Shown: positions 22,575 through 30,091 of the stretch, piece by piece
Layout: every line of letters starts with the position of its first letter
Numbering within the stretch: position 1 is the first letter of the stretch
Assembly (NCBI GenBank): GCA_001772625.1
Contig: MEVA01000003.1
Location: 1-42,789 of the forward strand
Direction of reading: 5' to 3'
DNA length: 42,789 nucleotides
Source: a candidate division WWE3 bacterium RIFCSPHIGHO2_01_FULL_42_13
GTDB lineage: Bacteria > Patescibacteriota > WWE3 > UBA101185 > UBA10185
Position numbers and translations under genes: made by a program
The notes under the pieces: generated by a model
Seen by the model: only the letters and a program-made list of their open reading frames with translations
The model's database searches: none
What the model was told of the DNA's origin: nothing

Positions 22575-24305
22575 GTGAAGATAACTCGACAGCAGTTAAA
22601 GGCATGTGTTTTGGGATTTGTGATATTAGGTTTCTCATTTTTGTTCTGGTCGTTTAGATTTGATTTTATGGTATTTGCCGTCGCTATCGCCACAGCTCTG
22701 TCTCTTCCGGCGATCTGCCTTCGACTACCCAGTGTTTTTAAATCAAAACATTTAGCCGGCTTGGTATTTGTTCCAGTCGCGTTGGTTATTTTGTCCTTTT
22801 GTTATCTGTATAGCAGACATGGTTCTTATGATGGAGATTATTTCCATCTTAAGGTTGTGTATTCGGTTATGGAGACCGGATCTTTTAATCCGATATATGA
22901 GGAGGTTAAGCCCTACGCAGTTGAGTTTGTGCTCGGGAGTGCTGGAAGAATTTTGGGAGGCTCTGTTATAAACTTGGCCTTCGGAACCGCAGCAGTTCTG
23001 TCGTTGGTTCTATGCTACCAGCTCTATAGACTACTTCAGCTAAGTGAACGGAAGTCTCTTTTTTTAATAAGTTGTTTGGTTGCGTCCCCAATATTTATTG
23101 GCCTGTCTCTTCTTGAATTTAAAACTGATATATTTCTTTTCATTTTCATTCTTCTTACATATATCATTTTTTATAAACTTGTTGTTAGCAAGAAACCATC
23201 TCTGTATCTAATCGTTTCGATACTACTTGGAGTTTGCATCTTGATCAAACTTTCAATTGCGCCTTTTTCACTAATACTATTTTTTTGTTCCGGGTTGGTA
23301 TTCTTCTCAGAGTTTAAGAGAAAATATTTATATCTACACGCCATAGCTCTACTGCTAGTGGTTGGCCCTTACTTTCTGTGGGCTTTTTATAATGGCTCAA
23401 CCATCCCCATGTACCAGAAAGCAATAGGTGACAAAACAATAACGCTGCTGGAAGTAAATAAGGATATTACCCGTCAGTGTCAGGAGAAAGTGACGCAGTA
23501 TGATTACGACTCTTATATTTACGGTAGAAAGTTCCCGTTGGTGTTGGCACAGCCGTTTTTTTATCTTTCCGGATATAAAATGCACCCCAATGGGTCGCAG
23601 TACATGGCCACCCTGGGCCCTACCCTTTACTTGTTTGTGTTGCTTTCAACACTGTGGCCACTTTTTAGGAGGGTGAAAAAGACCGATCCCGAAAAGTATT
23701 TATACACAGCGATGCTATTCCAAATAGTAATTTATTACATAATGGTCAGAAACATTTTTTGGTATTTGTTTCCCATACTTCCACTCTGCATGTACTTTTC
23801 ATACAAAATTCTTGAGGACATCTTTAATACAAAACTTTCCATGTATGTATATTCATTTATTTTGGCTAATTCCCTTTTCCTCCTTGCGGTATTTTTCCCA
23901 TCAAACATTGAGGCTGTGCTGTCAGTAGATAGGTACATGGAGAAAGCAAATAGAAGCTTAAGCCACTTCTTAGAAACACAAACTGGAGAAGGACTCATAC
24001 TTGATACATCTTTCCAGCAATGGGGAGTAACTTACCCGTATTTTGTGGAAAGCTCGAAGAGAGTGGTAAAAGCAGACTTTCTGTTTTCTGATCCGGAGTA
24101 TTCTAACGAGCGGGGTGGTTACGAGAAGATAAGGCGGGCGGGCATACAGTACCTTGTAGTGAGAAAGTATGTTTCAGACTGGCCCTCTCTTTATACAACT
24201 CAATGTGCCGAGGATTATGTGAAGTCTCTTAACGACTTTATTGTGGTACATACCGAAGAAGTCTACTCAGACGAACGAGGTCTTGCTGTTTATAAAATTA
24301 TTTAA
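22575..24305 (+). CDS. Polytopic GT-C-fold membrane glycosyltransferase-like protein (ArnT/PMT-like)
   Basis: 576 aa with about 12 TM helices and a soluble C-terminal domain. The start is uncertain. GTG 22575 has TATACT 6 nt upstream, and ATG 22668 has TAGATT 7 nt upstream. Confidence 0.5.
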   Translation: MKITRQQLKACVLGFVILGFSFLFWSFRFDFMVFAVAIATALSLPAICLRLPSVFKSKHLAGLVFVPVALVILSFCYLYSRHGSYDGDYFHLKVVYSVMETGSFNPIYEEVKPYAVEFVLGSAGRILGGSVINLAFGTAAVLSLVLCYQLYRLLQLSERKSLFLISCLVASPIFIGLSLLEFKTDIFLFIFILLTYIIFYKLVVSKKPSLYLIVSILLGVCILIKLSIAPFSLILFFCSGLVFFSEFKRKYLYLHAIALLLVVGPYFLWAFYNGSTIPMYQKAIGDKTITLLEVNKDITRQCQEKVTQYDYDSYIYGRKFPLVLAQPFFYLSGYKMHPNGSQYMATLGPTLYLFVLLSTLWPLFRRVKKTDPEKYLYTAMLFQIVIYYIMVRNIFWYLFPILPLCMYFSYKILEDIFNTKLSMYVYSFILANSLFLLAVFFPSNIEAVLSVDRYMEKANRSLSHFLETQTGEGLILDTSFQQWGVTYPYFVESSKRVVKADFLFSDPEYSNERGGYEKIRRAGIQYLVVRKYVSDWPSLYTTQCAEDYVKSLNDFIVVHTEEVYSDERGLAVYKII

Positions 24306-25491
24306 CAGACGCTGGTTTTTGGATGCTATATAGCCAGAAAATACCGCATACTGCTAGTAGCAGGATAACCGCCCCTGCGCGGAGGATCCCAAAAAAGCCC
24401 AACACAGGTGCCAAAAGCATTACCAGATAAAACAGTCTTGCTATCTTATTTCCGCTAACCACAAACATTTTATATGTTATTGCCATGGGTATTAGCATGA
24501 TAACCAAATCAGCCGGCATTGTATGTACATTTAGAAGTAGTCCGTAAGTTATACCTATCGCTATGATGGTGTCACTAGGAAGTTTCTGCCTGTGCAAAAT
24601 CGCAAGAATGACTAAGTATGTGCCAAGACCAAGAAGGGCTAAGTATGTGCCATAAATGTTAGGCTCTACGCTATTTGTTAGATAGGCATATATAGTTTGG
24701 ATATTATAATTTTCCTTGATGTTAGTGCCAGCTGTAAACCTTTCGCTGTCCAGCAAGAAATGTGCGTAGTCCGGAACAAAGTTAAAACCATATAGCATTG
24801 AACTTACGAGAATCAAAGAAGCGAGAGAGGTAAGTAGCCCCGAAAGATATAACTTTCTTTTGCTTGTAACAAGAGCGGGTATCAACGAAAGTATTAGGAA
24901 CTGGGGCTTTATAAACAGTAGTCCCGCCAGCAGACCGGCTCCAAAGGGCTTCTTGGACAGGCTTCCGAACGTAAATGCAAGCGAAACGAGTATTATCGGG
25001 GAAAGTTGTCCGTAAATTACGGAAATAAATATCGGTATGTAGAACACAAACCAGACAGGTATCGCATTTTCATTTTTTGCAAATTTCCACGCGTAGTTAA
25101 TAGATAGAAAGACGGCTAATACATTTATAAACATAAAAGCCAAGTAGGCGTGTCTTAGTGATAGCATCGTTAGGGGTAAAAGCGCCGCGGCTACTATTGG
25201 CGGATTACGGTATGAGAGCACACCTTCGTTGAGGTTGTCATCCCCATCGTAAAGGCCCGCAGCGACCTTTCTTGTGTAGGTCTTTTGAACCTCTAGATCA
25301 TAAAGTTCGCTAGCCCTTTGGTCTTTTATAATAGTTGCCCCAACCATAAAAGCGCGGAAGTCACTATTCACAACGTACTCGCTATATTTGGGTAGGAGTA
25401 CGGAGGCAAAGATAATAGGAAGAAAAAGTGCAAAAAGAGCTAGTGCAAACATATTCCTATTTATTTTTGAAATAAGGCTTTTAGTGCTCAT
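24298..25491 (-). CDS. Polytopic membrane protein, DUF2029/GT87-like glycosyltransferase candidate
   Basis: 397 aa with at least 9 TM helices. The N-terminal loop DFRAFMVGATIIKDQRASELYD resembles the DUF2029 family. TGgTACAAT (25502-25510, minus) lies 10 nt upstream of the ATG. Confidence 0.45.
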   Translation of the reverse strand: MSTKSLISKINRNMFALALFALFLPIIFASVLLPKYSEYVVNSDFRAFMVGATIIKDQRASELYDLEVQKTYTRKVAAGLYDGDDNLNEGVLSYRNPPIVAAALLPLTMLSLRHAYLAFMFINVLAVFLSINYAWKFAKNENAIPVWFVFYIPIFISVIYGQLSPIILVSLAFTFGSLSKKPFGAGLLAGLLFIKPQFLILSLIPALVTSKRKLYLSGLLTSLASLILVSSMLYGFNFVPDYAHFLLDSERFTAGTNIKENYNIQTIYAYLTNSVEPNIYGTYLALLGLGTYLVILAILHRQKLPSDTIIAIGITYGLLLNVHTMPADLVIMLIPMAITYKMFVVSGNKIARLFYLVMLLAPVLGFFGILRAGAVILLLAVCGIFWLYSIQKPASVK

Positions 25492-25653
25492 TACTTTAGC
25501 AATTGTACCAATTTTCTCTTTTAACTAGAGTTTTCTGTATTTAAATTTCCCAAAGGCCAGCTATTATAACTACAGGGCGTGCAAAAGAATAACTATGGGT
25601 ACTGAGGTTCCCGGAGGCTGCAGCAACAATACAGGCGCAGTTGTGGATAACCT

Positions 25654-26361
25654 ATGGAGAACTTAATAAAGACAGTTTTTCCCTCGTTTTGCATTTTTTG
25701 TGGCCGTACTGGAGACATGGTTTGCTACAAATGTGCCTATGAATGCAAGGCGATAAACGAGCCAGTTTGTGTAGTGTGCCAGAAACCTGCCGTTAGTGGT
25801 AAGACCCATGCTCAGTGTCTGGGTTCAGGCAATCAGCAGGCTACTCCGACCGAGCTTTTTTCTTGCTTCGAATACGGTGAGAAAGTTCGCAAGTGCATCA
25901 TGAAGTCAAAATACCCTCCCCTCGAATACGGTTCGCTCAAAGATCTAAGTTTTTACGCTGTTAAGTATGCCCTAGATGTCGGCTACTATCTTTCGGACTT
26001 TATTCTCGTTCCCATTCCCCTAGGCCGTGAAAAGCTTAAAAAGCGCGGGTTTAATCAGGCAAGATTTATTTGCGATGAAATTTCTAGAAATTTGGGCTTG
26101 AAGGTAGTAGGTTCTATTTTAATTAGAAAGAAGGATACAGTTGCTCAAGCGGAGTTTGGTCGAAAAGAAAGGCTGGCAAACATGAAAGGGGCCTTTGCTG
26201 TTAACCCGCTTGCGATAAGCGTCGGTGCGGTGAGGGGCCGCAACTTCTTGTTGGTTGACGATATTTGTACGACAGGCTCAACACTACTTGAAGCCTCGGG
26301 TGTGCTATACGGGGCGGGAGCAAGGGAGGTGAGGTGCTTTACGCTTTCGCGTGTGCTGTAG
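25654..26361 (+). CDS. comF: ComF-family phosphoribosyltransferase-domain protein
   Basis: N-terminal 4-Cys finger (CIFCG...CYKC...CVVC) and a PRPP-binding motif FLLVDDICTTGSTLLEA. Confidence 0.82.
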   Translation: MENLIKTVFPSFCIFCGRTGDMVCYKCAYECKAINEPVCVVCQKPAVSGKTHAQCLGSGNQQATPTELFSCFEYGEKVRKCIMKSKYPPLEYGSLKDLSFYAVKYALDVGYYLSDFILVPIPLGREKLKKRGFNQARFICDEISRNLGLKVVGSILIRKKDTVAQAEFGRKERLANMKGAFAVNPLAISVGAVRGRNFLLVDDICTTGSTLLEASGVLYGAGAREVRCFTLSRVL

Positions 26362-26380
26362 GTTTATTTTGCCATTATGG

Positions 26381-26389
26381 TGATATAAT
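26381..26389 (+). promoter_or_regulatory. Extended -10 promoter (TGaTATAAT) for tRNA-Ser(GCU)
   Basis: Ends 11 nt before the mature tRNA 5' end. Confidence 0.5.
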
Positions 26390-26400
26390 TCGGTGGATCT

Positions 26401-26488
26401 GGAGGGTTGGCCGAGTGGTTTAAGGCAGCAGGTTGCTAACCTGTGCTGCGCAAGCGGCGCGTGGGTTCGAATCCCACACCCTCCGCCA
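26401..26488 (+). tRNA. tRNA-Ser (anticodon GCU), CCA encoded
   Basis: Acceptor GGAGGGT/ACCCTCC, anticodon loop TTGCTAA, long variable arm, T-arm GTGGG-TTCGAAT-CCCAC, discriminator G, CCA. Confidence 0.9.
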
Positions 26489-26497
26489 TAAAAATTG

Positions 26498-26506
26498 TGC
26501 TATCAT
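26498..26506 (+). promoter_or_regulatory. Extended -10 (TGcTATCAT) 7 nt upstream of ATG 26514
   Basis: tTGcTATCATttttacaATG. Confidence 0.4.
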
Positions 26507-26513
26507 TTTTACA

Positions 26514-27110
26514 ATGGCCACAAGGTTCACTGATATAACAGATTTTCTAGGAGTAACAAATACCAAAGAGAAAGAGCCTATTCTTCCGGTCAAGCCCTCA
26601 GCCACACCGGAAAGTGAGGGCGAGCGTAGGATTTTATTTTCATGGGACACAGTCAGCCGAGTTGGTTATTCAGATCGTGGCAACCCAAAGCTTAGCCGCA
26701 CACTTTTAATAATTGGTGTTGTTGTAGCATTTCTGCTTGTTGCGATGGGAGAGTTTTTACTTATAGCTGTAGTTGCAAGTATCATTTTTCTTAGACAAGT
26801 GCTCTCGGCGACTCCGGCGGAGGCTGTTCATCACGATCTCACAAACCATGGGGTCAGCTATTCTGGAGAGTTTTATAGTTGGGGCGAGTTTTCAAACTTT
26901 TACTTAGCTGAGGACAAGGGTGTTGATGTACTTTGTCTCAACCTGACCAACAGAGTTCCCGGAAGGCTTTATCTACTGCTAAGTTCTGGCGACAGAGAGA
27001 AAGTCAAAGATATTGTGGGTCAGTATGTTTCAATGCTTCCCGAGGAGCCAAAGACTTTTTTTGACAAAGTCTACGATTTTGCGGCTAGCAGGATTTCTAT
27101 AGATAAGTAG
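26514..27110 (+). CDS. Hypothetical two-TM membrane protein
   Basis: 198 aa from MATRFTDITDFLGV. The upstream part of ORF 26433-27110 is tRNA sequence. TM pair: LLIIGVVVAFLLVAMGEFLLIAVVASIIFL. Confidence 0.55.
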   Translation: MATRFTDITDFLGVTNTKEKEPILPVKPSATPESEGERRILFSWDTVSRVGYSDRGNPKLSRTLLIIGVVVAFLLVAMGEFLLIAVVASIIFLRQVLSATPAEAVHHDLTNHGVSYSGEFYSWGEFSNFYLAEDKGVDVLCLNLTNRVPGRLYLLLSSGDREKVKDIVGQYVSMLPEEPKTFFDKVYDFAASRISIDK

Positions 27111-27114
27111 TTTC

Positions 27115-27399
27115 ATGGCTTATTTTCTTTTTAGTTTTTTTGTTGGCGGTTTTCTAACCTTAATTCCAGGTTTCCACAATCTTTTAAGTCTCTTGCCAAG
27201 AGTTTTTTATAAGGAAGAGCTGGTAGCCTGGCAGTTGTTTGTGGTTTGGGGTTTTGTTTTCTCGCTCATTTTTTTCGCAAGCAGAGACTTTATCGCGAAA
27301 AATGGTTATATTGCTTTTTGGAAAATTGTTGTAGTTTTGGCCATCTTTGTAATTACCCTGGCTGCCTTTATTTTAGATTTTCCGGCAGTACAGTTTTAA
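27115..27399 (+). CDS. Small hydrophobic membrane protein
   Basis: 94 aa with three predicted TM helices. It starts 4 nt after the upstream stop. Confidence 0.45.
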   Translation: MAYFLFSFFVGGFLTLIPGFHNLLSLLPRVFYKEELVAWQLFVVWGFVFSLIFFASRDFIAKNGYIAFWKIVVVLAIFVITLAAFILDFPAVQF

Positions 27400-27421
27400 A
27401 ACTAATTCGGTGTCTCCAAAC

Positions 27422-27450
27422 TTGCAAAAGGTATATCCAGTCGCCATAAT
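27422..27450 (+). promoter_or_regulatory. Sigma-70-type promoter for tRNA-Arg (TTGCAA-17 nt-CATAAT)
   Basis: -35 at 27422-27427 and -10 at 27445-27450, with an exact 17-nt spacer. The tRNA starts 16 nt downstream. Confidence 0.5.
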
Positions 27451-27466
27451 CGGCATGGTTTAGCGT

Positions 27467-27542
27467 GTGCCTGTAGCTCAGTGGATAGAGTACCACGTTG
27501 CGGACGTGGGGGTCGGGGGTTCGAGTCCCTTCAGGCACGCCA
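27467..27542 (+). tRNA. tRNA-Arg (anticodon GCG), CCA encoded
   Basis: Acceptor GTGCCTG/CAGGCAC, D-arm GCTC-AGTGGATA-GAGT, anticodon stem CCACG/CGTGG with loop TTGCGGA, T-loop TTCGAGT. Confidence 0.85.
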
Positions 27543-27553
27543 CCCCACTCCCC

Positions 27554-29329
27554 TCATTTTACAGTTACGCTTTTGGCTATGTTTCTAGGCCTGTCTACAT
27601 TATTTCCTAGTTTTACAGCAGTGTAATAAGCCAAAAGTTGAAACGGGACTATATTTATAATTGAGTTAACTTCTCCACAATCTGGAACCGGCAGGAAGTG
27701 ATCGAAACCTTCATAGGATTGTGTGGACACCCCTACTGTACAGGCTCCCCTTGCCCTCACTTCGTCAACAGCATTAAGAACGTCAGATTTGAGGGAGTCT
27801 TGCGGAACTATAGCTATCACAAGCATCCCTTTCTCCATTAAGGTAATGGCATAGTGTTTAAGATCTCCAGATGGGATCGCATGCGCATGAATGTATGAGC
27901 CCTCAATGATCTTTACCATTGCCTCTTTAGCTATCTGAAAATTGTCGGCTTTTCCAAGCAGGAAGATATCGGCCTTCTTGGAAACCACCTTTGCTAGGGA
28001 TCTTATTGTAGCGGAGATTTTTTTGTTGGAAAGGTACTTTCCAGATACTTGGGAAAGTGTATTTAAATTTTTCATGCCCTCGGAATACTTTCCAGATACA
28101 GTTTTTGCAACTAGGTATCCCCAAGAAATCTGGGACACAAAAACTTTTGTGGACATTACGCAGATTTCCGGTCCAGCATCGTTCATAAATTTAAAATCGG
28201 AAAGTCTAGTTATCATTGAACCGGGCATGTTTACAAGGGAAGCTATTTTTACTTTACTTTTTTTAACTTTCTCTAAGAACTCTAAGACATCGGCTGTCTC
28301 TCCGCTTTGGGACGGTACAATAACTAAGTCTTTTTGAGTAATTAAGGGAAGATATTCGTTTGCGTCGGCACCAACTAAGCTAATGGCATTTATGTTTGCA
28401 AAAGCTCTTAGGTAAAATGCTATTTGTGCAGCCGCGATCCCCGTCGTTCCGGATCCGACAGTGTAAACAGTCTGGGCCTTTTTTATCTGCTTAGCAAGGT
28501 AAAGATAATCCTTTTTATTGATTTTTGTAATTTGTTTAACCACAAAAGGTATTTCTTTTATTTCCTTAATCATGTAGTGTGGGAATCCTTCAAGTCCAAC
28601 GTCGGCACCTGCAAAATTTAAAGGCAACCACTCGAGAGAGGCTTCTCTTCCGGTAAGTATATTAAAGGCCACTATCTTGCTACCGTTTTGATAGCTTAGA
28701 ATTTCTCCATTTTGTACAACAGCGCAAAGCTCTACCTTGTCTGCAAACGAAAGAGTATCGGATGAGAAGAACACCTCGTTGCTTGATTTATTTATTCCTA
28801 CAACAAGAGGAGAGCCGTTTCTGATTGCAATAACATCACCGTTTTTAGCTAAAAGAATTATAGTGTTTCTACCAGACAATTTTAAAAAAGCCTTTTTTGC
28901 TGCGTCCAACAAAGCGTTGGAATTTCTACGATAGCTTTCCACAAGCCTAACTATAACTTCTGTGTCAGTTTCTGATACAAATTTAAAACCTTTATTTATA
29001 AGAGACTTCTTAAGCGGGAGGTAGTTTTCTACAATACCGTTATGAACCACGACAAAGCTTTTGTCTGTCGAGAAGTGAGGATGGGCATTAATATTGGAGA
29101 CCTTTCCGTGAGTCGCCCACCTTGTATGCCCGACAGCTGTATTGCAGGCGGGGAGAAATAATTTTGCATCACTGATTTTTCCTGCTCTCTTTTGAACAAA
29201 TATTTTGTTGTTTGCTTGTCCGGCAATCCCCCAACTATCGTATCCCCGGTATTCAAGTCTTTTTAATCCAGACAGAACAAGATTAGGAGCGTTACTATTA
29301 GATCCTATATAGGCAAATATTCCACACAT
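27554..29329 (-). CDS. glmS: Glutamine--fructose-6-phosphate aminotransferase (isomerizing)
   Basis: MCGIFAYIG N-terminal nucleophile Cys, a class-II GATase domain, two SIS domains, and a C-terminal NVDRPRNIAKSVTVK. Confidence 0.93.
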   Translation of the reverse strand: MCGIFAYIGSNSNAPNLVLSGLKRLEYRGYDSWGIAGQANNKIFVQKRAGKISDAKLFLPACNTAVGHTRWATHGKVSNINAHPHFSTDKSFVVVHNGIVENYLPLKKSLINKGFKFVSETDTEVIVRLVESYRRNSNALLDAAKKAFLKLSGRNTIILLAKNGDVIAIRNGSPLVVGINKSSNEVFFSSDTLSFADKVELCAVVQNGEILSYQNGSKIVAFNILTGREASLEWLPLNFAGADVGLEGFPHYMIKEIKEIPFVVKQITKINKKDYLYLAKQIKKAQTVYTVGSGTTGIAAAQIAFYLRAFANINAISLVGADANEYLPLITQKDLVIVPSQSGETADVLEFLEKVKKSKVKIASLVNMPGSMITRLSDFKFMNDAGPEICVMSTKVFVSQISWGYLVAKTVSGKYSEGMKNLNTLSQVSGKYLSNKKISATIRSLAKVVSKKADIFLLGKADNFQIAKEAMVKIIEGSYIHAHAIPSGDLKHYAITLMEKGMLVIAIVPQDSLKSDVLNAVDEVRARGACTVGVSTQSYEGFDHFLPVPDCGEVNSIINIVPFQLLAYYTAVKLGNNVDRPRNIAKSVTVK

Positions 29330-29379
29330 ATTTATTTTTTACACGGGGTTATAAATAGGATTGGCTGTGTAGATTAATC

Positions 29380-29550
29380 TTTAGTCTTTTGATTACTCAA
29401 AGGTTTTAAAAGAATCTTTTAGGTTGACAGTTACAACCTGAAGGTTTCCGCTGATACTTTTTAGCAAGTGCTAAAAGTCCGATTTCCCTAAAATTAGGGA
29501 CCTTCCTCCTCGTTTCCCTTTAAACTAGCTTAAAGGGCCAAGCGCTCGTT
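29380..29550 (-). promoter_or_regulatory. glmS ribozyme (GlcN6P-dependent self-cleaving riboswitch) in the glmS 5' leader
   Basis: The minus-strand RNA reads A|GCGCU-UGG-[CCCUUUAA GCUAGU UUAAAGGG]-AAACGAGGAGGAAGG-[UCCCUAA UU UUAGGGA]-AAUCGGA[CUUUUAGCA CU UGCUAAAAG]...CAGCGGAAACCUUC-[AGGUUG...CAACCU]. This recapitulates the conserved AGCGCC / ACGAGGA / GGAGG...CGGCGGA..CCUCC core and the P1, P2 (GAAGG/CCUUC), P2.2 (CGCU/AGCG) and P4 helices. The predicted cleavage lies between A29546 and G29545. Confidence 0.7.
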
Positions 29551-29586
29551 TGGAGAAATAAACCCTACCCACCCCATCGCGTGGGC

Positions 29587-29595
29587 ATTATACCA
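29587..29595 (-). promoter_or_regulatory. Extended -10 promoter (TGgTATAAT) driving the glmS leader
   Basis: Minus strand reads caTGgTATAATgcccac, about 40 nt upstream of the ribozyme cleavage site. Confidence 0.5.
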
Positions 29596-29637
29596 TGTTT
29601 GTTATGTAGTTCAGTTGCATCCACTCCCCCACAGGCA

Positions 29638-29643
29638 TATACT
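29638..29643 (+). promoter_or_regulatory. -10 box (TATACT) 7 nt upstream of ATG 29651
   Basis: gcaTATACTtcattcaATG. Confidence 0.4.
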
Positions 29644-29650
29644 TCATTCA

Positions 29651-30040
29651 ATGGCCGATCAAATTATTGAAAAAGAAGTAATAACCACCAGTACGGACAG
29701 TACAGGATCAGGAGAGTCAAGTCCCACCACCAAAAAGACCGCAGAATACGCTGCGCACTTTCAAATCGTTTATTTGATATTTGGAATAATTGAAGGTTTA
29801 ATCGCAATTAGATTCGCGTTTAGGTTATTTGGTGCAAATCCGGCAAGTCCCATCGTAAACTTCATCTATGCCTTCACAGATATGCTTATGGCGCCCTTTA
29901 GGTTCATATTTCCAACAGGTCAGGCTGCAGGAGCGGTTTTTGACTGGACGGCACTTGTTGCAATTCTATTTTATGTTTTCTTTTCGTGGATAATAGTTAA
30001 AGTAGTTAGCATCTTCTACACAAAAGACTTGGCTCAATAA
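29651..30040 (+). CDS. YggT-family membrane protein
   Basis: 129 aa from MADQIIEKEV. IVYLIFGIIEGLIAIRFAFRLFGANPASPIVNFIYAFTDMLMAPFRFIFP matches the YggT repeat pattern. The longer TTG-initiated ORF from 29615 is unlikely. Confidence 0.6.
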   Translation: MADQIIEKEVITTSTDSTGSGESSPTTKKTAEYAAHFQIVYLIFGIIEGLIAIRFAFRLFGANPASPIVNFIYAFTDMLMAPFRFIFPTGQAAGAVFDWTALVAILFYVFFSWIIVKVVSIFYTKDLAQ

Positions 30041-30091
30041 GACTAAGTAACCCCACCACTACTATTCCTGCTAAAATCAACACATCTGCCT

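Noticed and set aside
22435-22693. ORFs of 61-71 aa on both strands just after smpB
   Set aside because: They overlap the 3' tRNA-like domain of the tmRNA. The frames read GFDSRHLH / ESNPRL, which is typical of translated T-arms.
25642-25650. Perfect DnaA box TGTGGATAA 3 nt upstream of the comF start codon
   Set aside because: It is a single isolated 9-mer. One perfect match by chance on either strand in about 43 kb is not improbable (order 0.3 expected under uniform base composition). There is no accompanying box cluster or AT-rich tract.
25492-25653. 162-nt divergent intergenic region as a possible small structured RNA
   Set aside because: I can see only promoter-like elements (TGgTACAAT and TAGTTATAAT on the minus strand, TATTATAAC on the plus strand). 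There is no convincing conserved helix pattern. A covariance-model scan would be needed to say more.
26420-26650. 76-aa minus-strand ORF and the first 27 codons of ORF 26433-27110
   Set aside because: Both translate tRNA-Ser(GCU) sequence (RGFESHTL / WDSNPRA). The real CDS starts at ATG 26514, behind its own -10 box.
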